Source: Clostridia bacterium
GTDB taxonomy: Bacteria; Bacillota; Clostridia; UBA1212; DUPL01
Length of the DNA stretch: 64,000 nucleotides
Direction: 5' to 3'
Assembly (NCBI GenBank): GCA_050951325.1
Contig: JBMNIW010000012.1
Coordinates: 96,001-160,000 of the forward strand
Shown: in pieces, positions 61,249 to 64,000 of the stretch
Layout: each line of letters starts with the position of its first letter
Position numbering within the stretch: position 1 is the stretch's first letter
The notes under the pieces: generated by a model
Told to the model about the DNA's origin: nothing
The model's database searches: none
The model's input: only the letters and a program-made list of their open reading frames with translations
Program-made: the position numbers and the translations under genes

Positions 61249-62632
61249 TCAAGCCACCTCTTTAGGTTGTCCGTCTGGACTTATTATCTTGTTGCTCTTC
61301 AGCATGGTTCCAGTTCTACGGATTATGACTGACAAATCAACAATTATGGTTGCTTCTTTGAATTTTTCGTTCCAGTTATATTCCTCAAGCTCTTGAATGG
61401 TCAAAAACTGCCTTGAGGCATATTCTCCAAATTTGAAAGGATCGACCCCTAAATCCCTACACTTAACAATTAATTTTTCAACCTCATCCAGCATCATGTT
61501 TGTGCATGCTTCTTCAAGAACTCTCTTGTTGGCAGGATTCTCGTAGTACACATGACTCTGTATCGCCAGGATGTCTGCATCCAGCTTTATAGCCAACATT
61601 TACAACCGGTTTTCCATCCTTGATACTTAACTTTTACCTTTGGTTTTTCTCTGACGGTTACATCAAGAGGAATTGCATAGTCTGGGTTTGCAGGATCCTC
61701 AAGATTAACAAAAGATCTTTCAAACTCGCCTCTTAGTATTAACAACACTCGAGTTTCCCGACCGTTTAGTTCTCCAACCATTATATCTCCATCGAAAACA
61801 GCAACACCCCATATTTCGAGCTGATTGAGGCCCAATCTCGGCAATTCTCCTGACATGTACTCTCCTCCAGACTTCAATTTTCCCTTATACGGCTCAGCAT
61901 CTTCAACAAAACTTTTCATCTCATTAAGAGAGATTATTGCTGTAATCGGAAATCTTCTGTTTGACTTCAGGCTGTTATAGATAATCGTTAAGGGTTGAAT
62001 GAGGGAAAAAGCCCGTTCTCTCGCTTTCTCTTGTCCATATCAAGTGGTCTTTAGCCAGTGCGGAACCTATGATAGGTGTGTTTGCCTTTATAATGTCCAT
62101 GGCTTTGTTTTTTGTTATATAGACATGAACAGTCTCGCGTATTTCCCTAAATCTCATTATTGGAGCCAAGAAAAGATGCCAATTCATCACATGTGGCCAG
62201 CTCGTGCGAGAACACTATGAACTGCAGGTGCATAAAACTTATTTTTCTTGAAATGCTTGTGTTAAGCATATCTATACCTGCAAAGAAGGAAGGGGCATCT
62301 ATAGATACATATGATATGCTCCCCTGATCTTCCACTCTGTCTTTTGGTGTTTCTTCCTGCTCACCTTGCTGTTCCTGTCCTTCGTCCGATGAACTTGCGG
62401 AACTGCTGGAACCTCCACCTTGGGACTGAGGGGAACTTTCCTTCATGTTCTCATACTGGAGTGTGATTCTCCACTTGTCAGCAACACCTCTATCCACCCC
62501 AACACAGACAATATATATCATGTCATCGACTTCATTTGCATCAAAACATGAAGTCAGAACAATTAATAGCATTAATGCAATAATTGTGATAACAAGACTA
62601 TGTTTGAGCCTTTGCTTCAGATTTCGTTTCAT
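61249..62632 (-). CDS. Ger(x)C spore germination lipoprotein, broken into four ORFs by frameshifts
   Basis: Lipobox LTSC; GVD, HLQFIVFS, R.REIRE, GVAVF..D.MVGEL and GVDPF.FG. Confidence 0.8.
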
Positions 62633-62635
62633 TGC

Positions 62636-63725
62636 CTATCCCCCTTTTTCCGTCTGATTGCCGCAACTATCAACGCAAGCAGCGGAATGATGAAATATGG
62701 TATGAAACCAAAGTTTCTTATGAAGCCTACATTTCCTGTTACGACGGATATGATGTCTATTCTGCAGTAGTGATATAAGGAACAGGATGACACAGCCTGC
62801 CAGAATTACGGGTCTTTTATCATTTATGTCTGAATACTTTGCAGTACAGCCATATGGATGTGTAAAACAAAAGCGATACACCTATCAGAGACCCGATTAT
62901 CCATATAAACAGAAAGATTGACTCAATTCTTGTAAAGAACCTGCCAAACTGTATTAGTGTGGTAAGGTTGTACATCGGAGCTACCATCTCCTGCAGCCTA
63001 TAATACGGGTAGCACATCGTAAAAGTAAAAAGTATCAGCGATATCACAATAGTTGATATCAGCAAACTAAAGTATCCCTCATGCTTGATAAATTTGGTGC
63101 CCTGCAGATTTCTAGCATATACAGCGAGCAGTATCACTTCTCCATAGGCTGAGCATCGAATTACTCCGTGCAATATGGTTTTATCCAATCCGTATCCAAG
63201 AATAGGAAACATGTTGTTGATGTTGTAATTGCTCCAGGCCAGTATCAGAATAACCAACAAGCCTGGTATCACAAACACAATTAATAGTTTTGATACCCTT
63301 GCCAGGCTCTCAAGACCCAGGTAGCTTATGATGAACAGGCTGATTACGAACAAACCGGAAAGGTACCAGTTCGGACTGAGAGTGAATACATACACCCTCA
63401 TTGTCTGATAAAACTCACACAAATTGGTCTCAGCAACAAAGAACAGGTACAAAGAGAACAGGAAAGTCACGATAGCTCCTATGACTTTTCCAAAACTCTC
63501 TTTGTATATGTCAACCAAGTCCATGCCAGGAAATCTCTTTATGAGTCTGTATATGAAAGTAAAACCCAGCATTGCAGTCAGTCCTGAAATTATGGTTGCA
63601 TACCATCCCGCTGTACCAACACGGATAAACAAGCCCACCGGACTTGAGAAGAACACTTTTATAACTATTGTTGTGGTTATTAGAATTATTGCTTCTGACG
63701 GTCCAAAATTGCCTTCTTTTATCAA
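62636..63725 (-). CDS. GerAB/GerKB-type germination permease (frameshift near 62820)
   Basis: GLESLAR, N.FPILG.G and RIESIF.FIW. Confidence 0.85.
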
Positions 63726-64000
63726 GAGTTTTCATCCCCTTTCTTCTGGTCGTCCCATCCTCTTTTTTTAGTTTTGATCTTTAGTAAATTTTGCGGATTC
63801 AAGTAGTCCGGCCTTTCCCTGCTTGTGTGAATTGGTCCTCTTATTACCTCGCTGTAACCAGTTTTGGCTTTTGGCGCCACAGGACTGAATATGGGGACAC
63901 CAAAGGATTTAAGCGATGCATGGTATGCCCCAAATGTAAATATCGACAACGATATACCATAAAAGCCTGCCAGTGCACCCATCACAGTAAATAGGAATCT
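63722..64000 (-). CDS. GerA/GerKA-type germination protein, 3' part
   Basis: G.YG......H.ASLKSFGVP..SP.AP C-terminal motif. Confidence 0.85.
   Translation of the reverse strand, partial: RFLFTVMGALAGFYGISLSIFTFGAYHASLKSFGVPIFSPVAPKAKTGYSEVIRGPIHTSRERPDYLNPQNLLKIKTKKRGWDDQKKGDENS

Noticed and set aside
164-63994. Numerous 60-280 aa ORFs antisense to or overlapping the called genes (e.g. 35413-36249, 28330-28977, 11483-12106)
   Set aside because: They are shadows of well-supported genes with no RBS or recognisable motifs.

Overview
This 64 kb window comes from a spore-forming Clostridia-like Firmicute (ger operon, CotA-like oxidase, T-box, sigmaA promoters). From 0.2 to 15 kb is a Gram-positive glycan-utilisation region: two GH99/71-like paralogues, GH127, GH20, a GH106-like enzyme, an AraC regulator and Pro/Thr-linker surface proteins. 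The main finding is a tightly coupled 14-gene minus-strand operon at 19071-30963. It joins a RiPP-type module to a capsule-type regulatory module. The RiPP part has a ~104-aa precursor candidate with a YxxPxL leader motif and a C-terminal Ser, a radical SAM/SPASM enzyme, two stand-alone PqqD/RRE proteins, an HprK-like kinase, a nucleotidyltransferase, two S24/S26 peptidase-like proteins and an ABC exporter. The capsule-type part has two fused Wzz-tyrosine kinases, a CpsB phosphatase and two membrane-anchored Ig-like proteins. The operon has no glycosyltransferase, flippase, polymerase or lasso cyclase. Also present: an orphan cpsD-cpsB-loaP triplet, a GH105-kduI-kduD uronate module, an AgrC/LytTR-like pair with candidate LytTR boxes before a ricin-domain operon, tRNA-Ser(GCT), a Tyr-specifier T-box before an acyl-CoA ligase, folC, cotA-like, tlpA, GH25 and ger genes. 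Many single-base frameshifts in the right half suggest long-read consensus errors. All family calls come from recognising motifs by eye; no searches were run.
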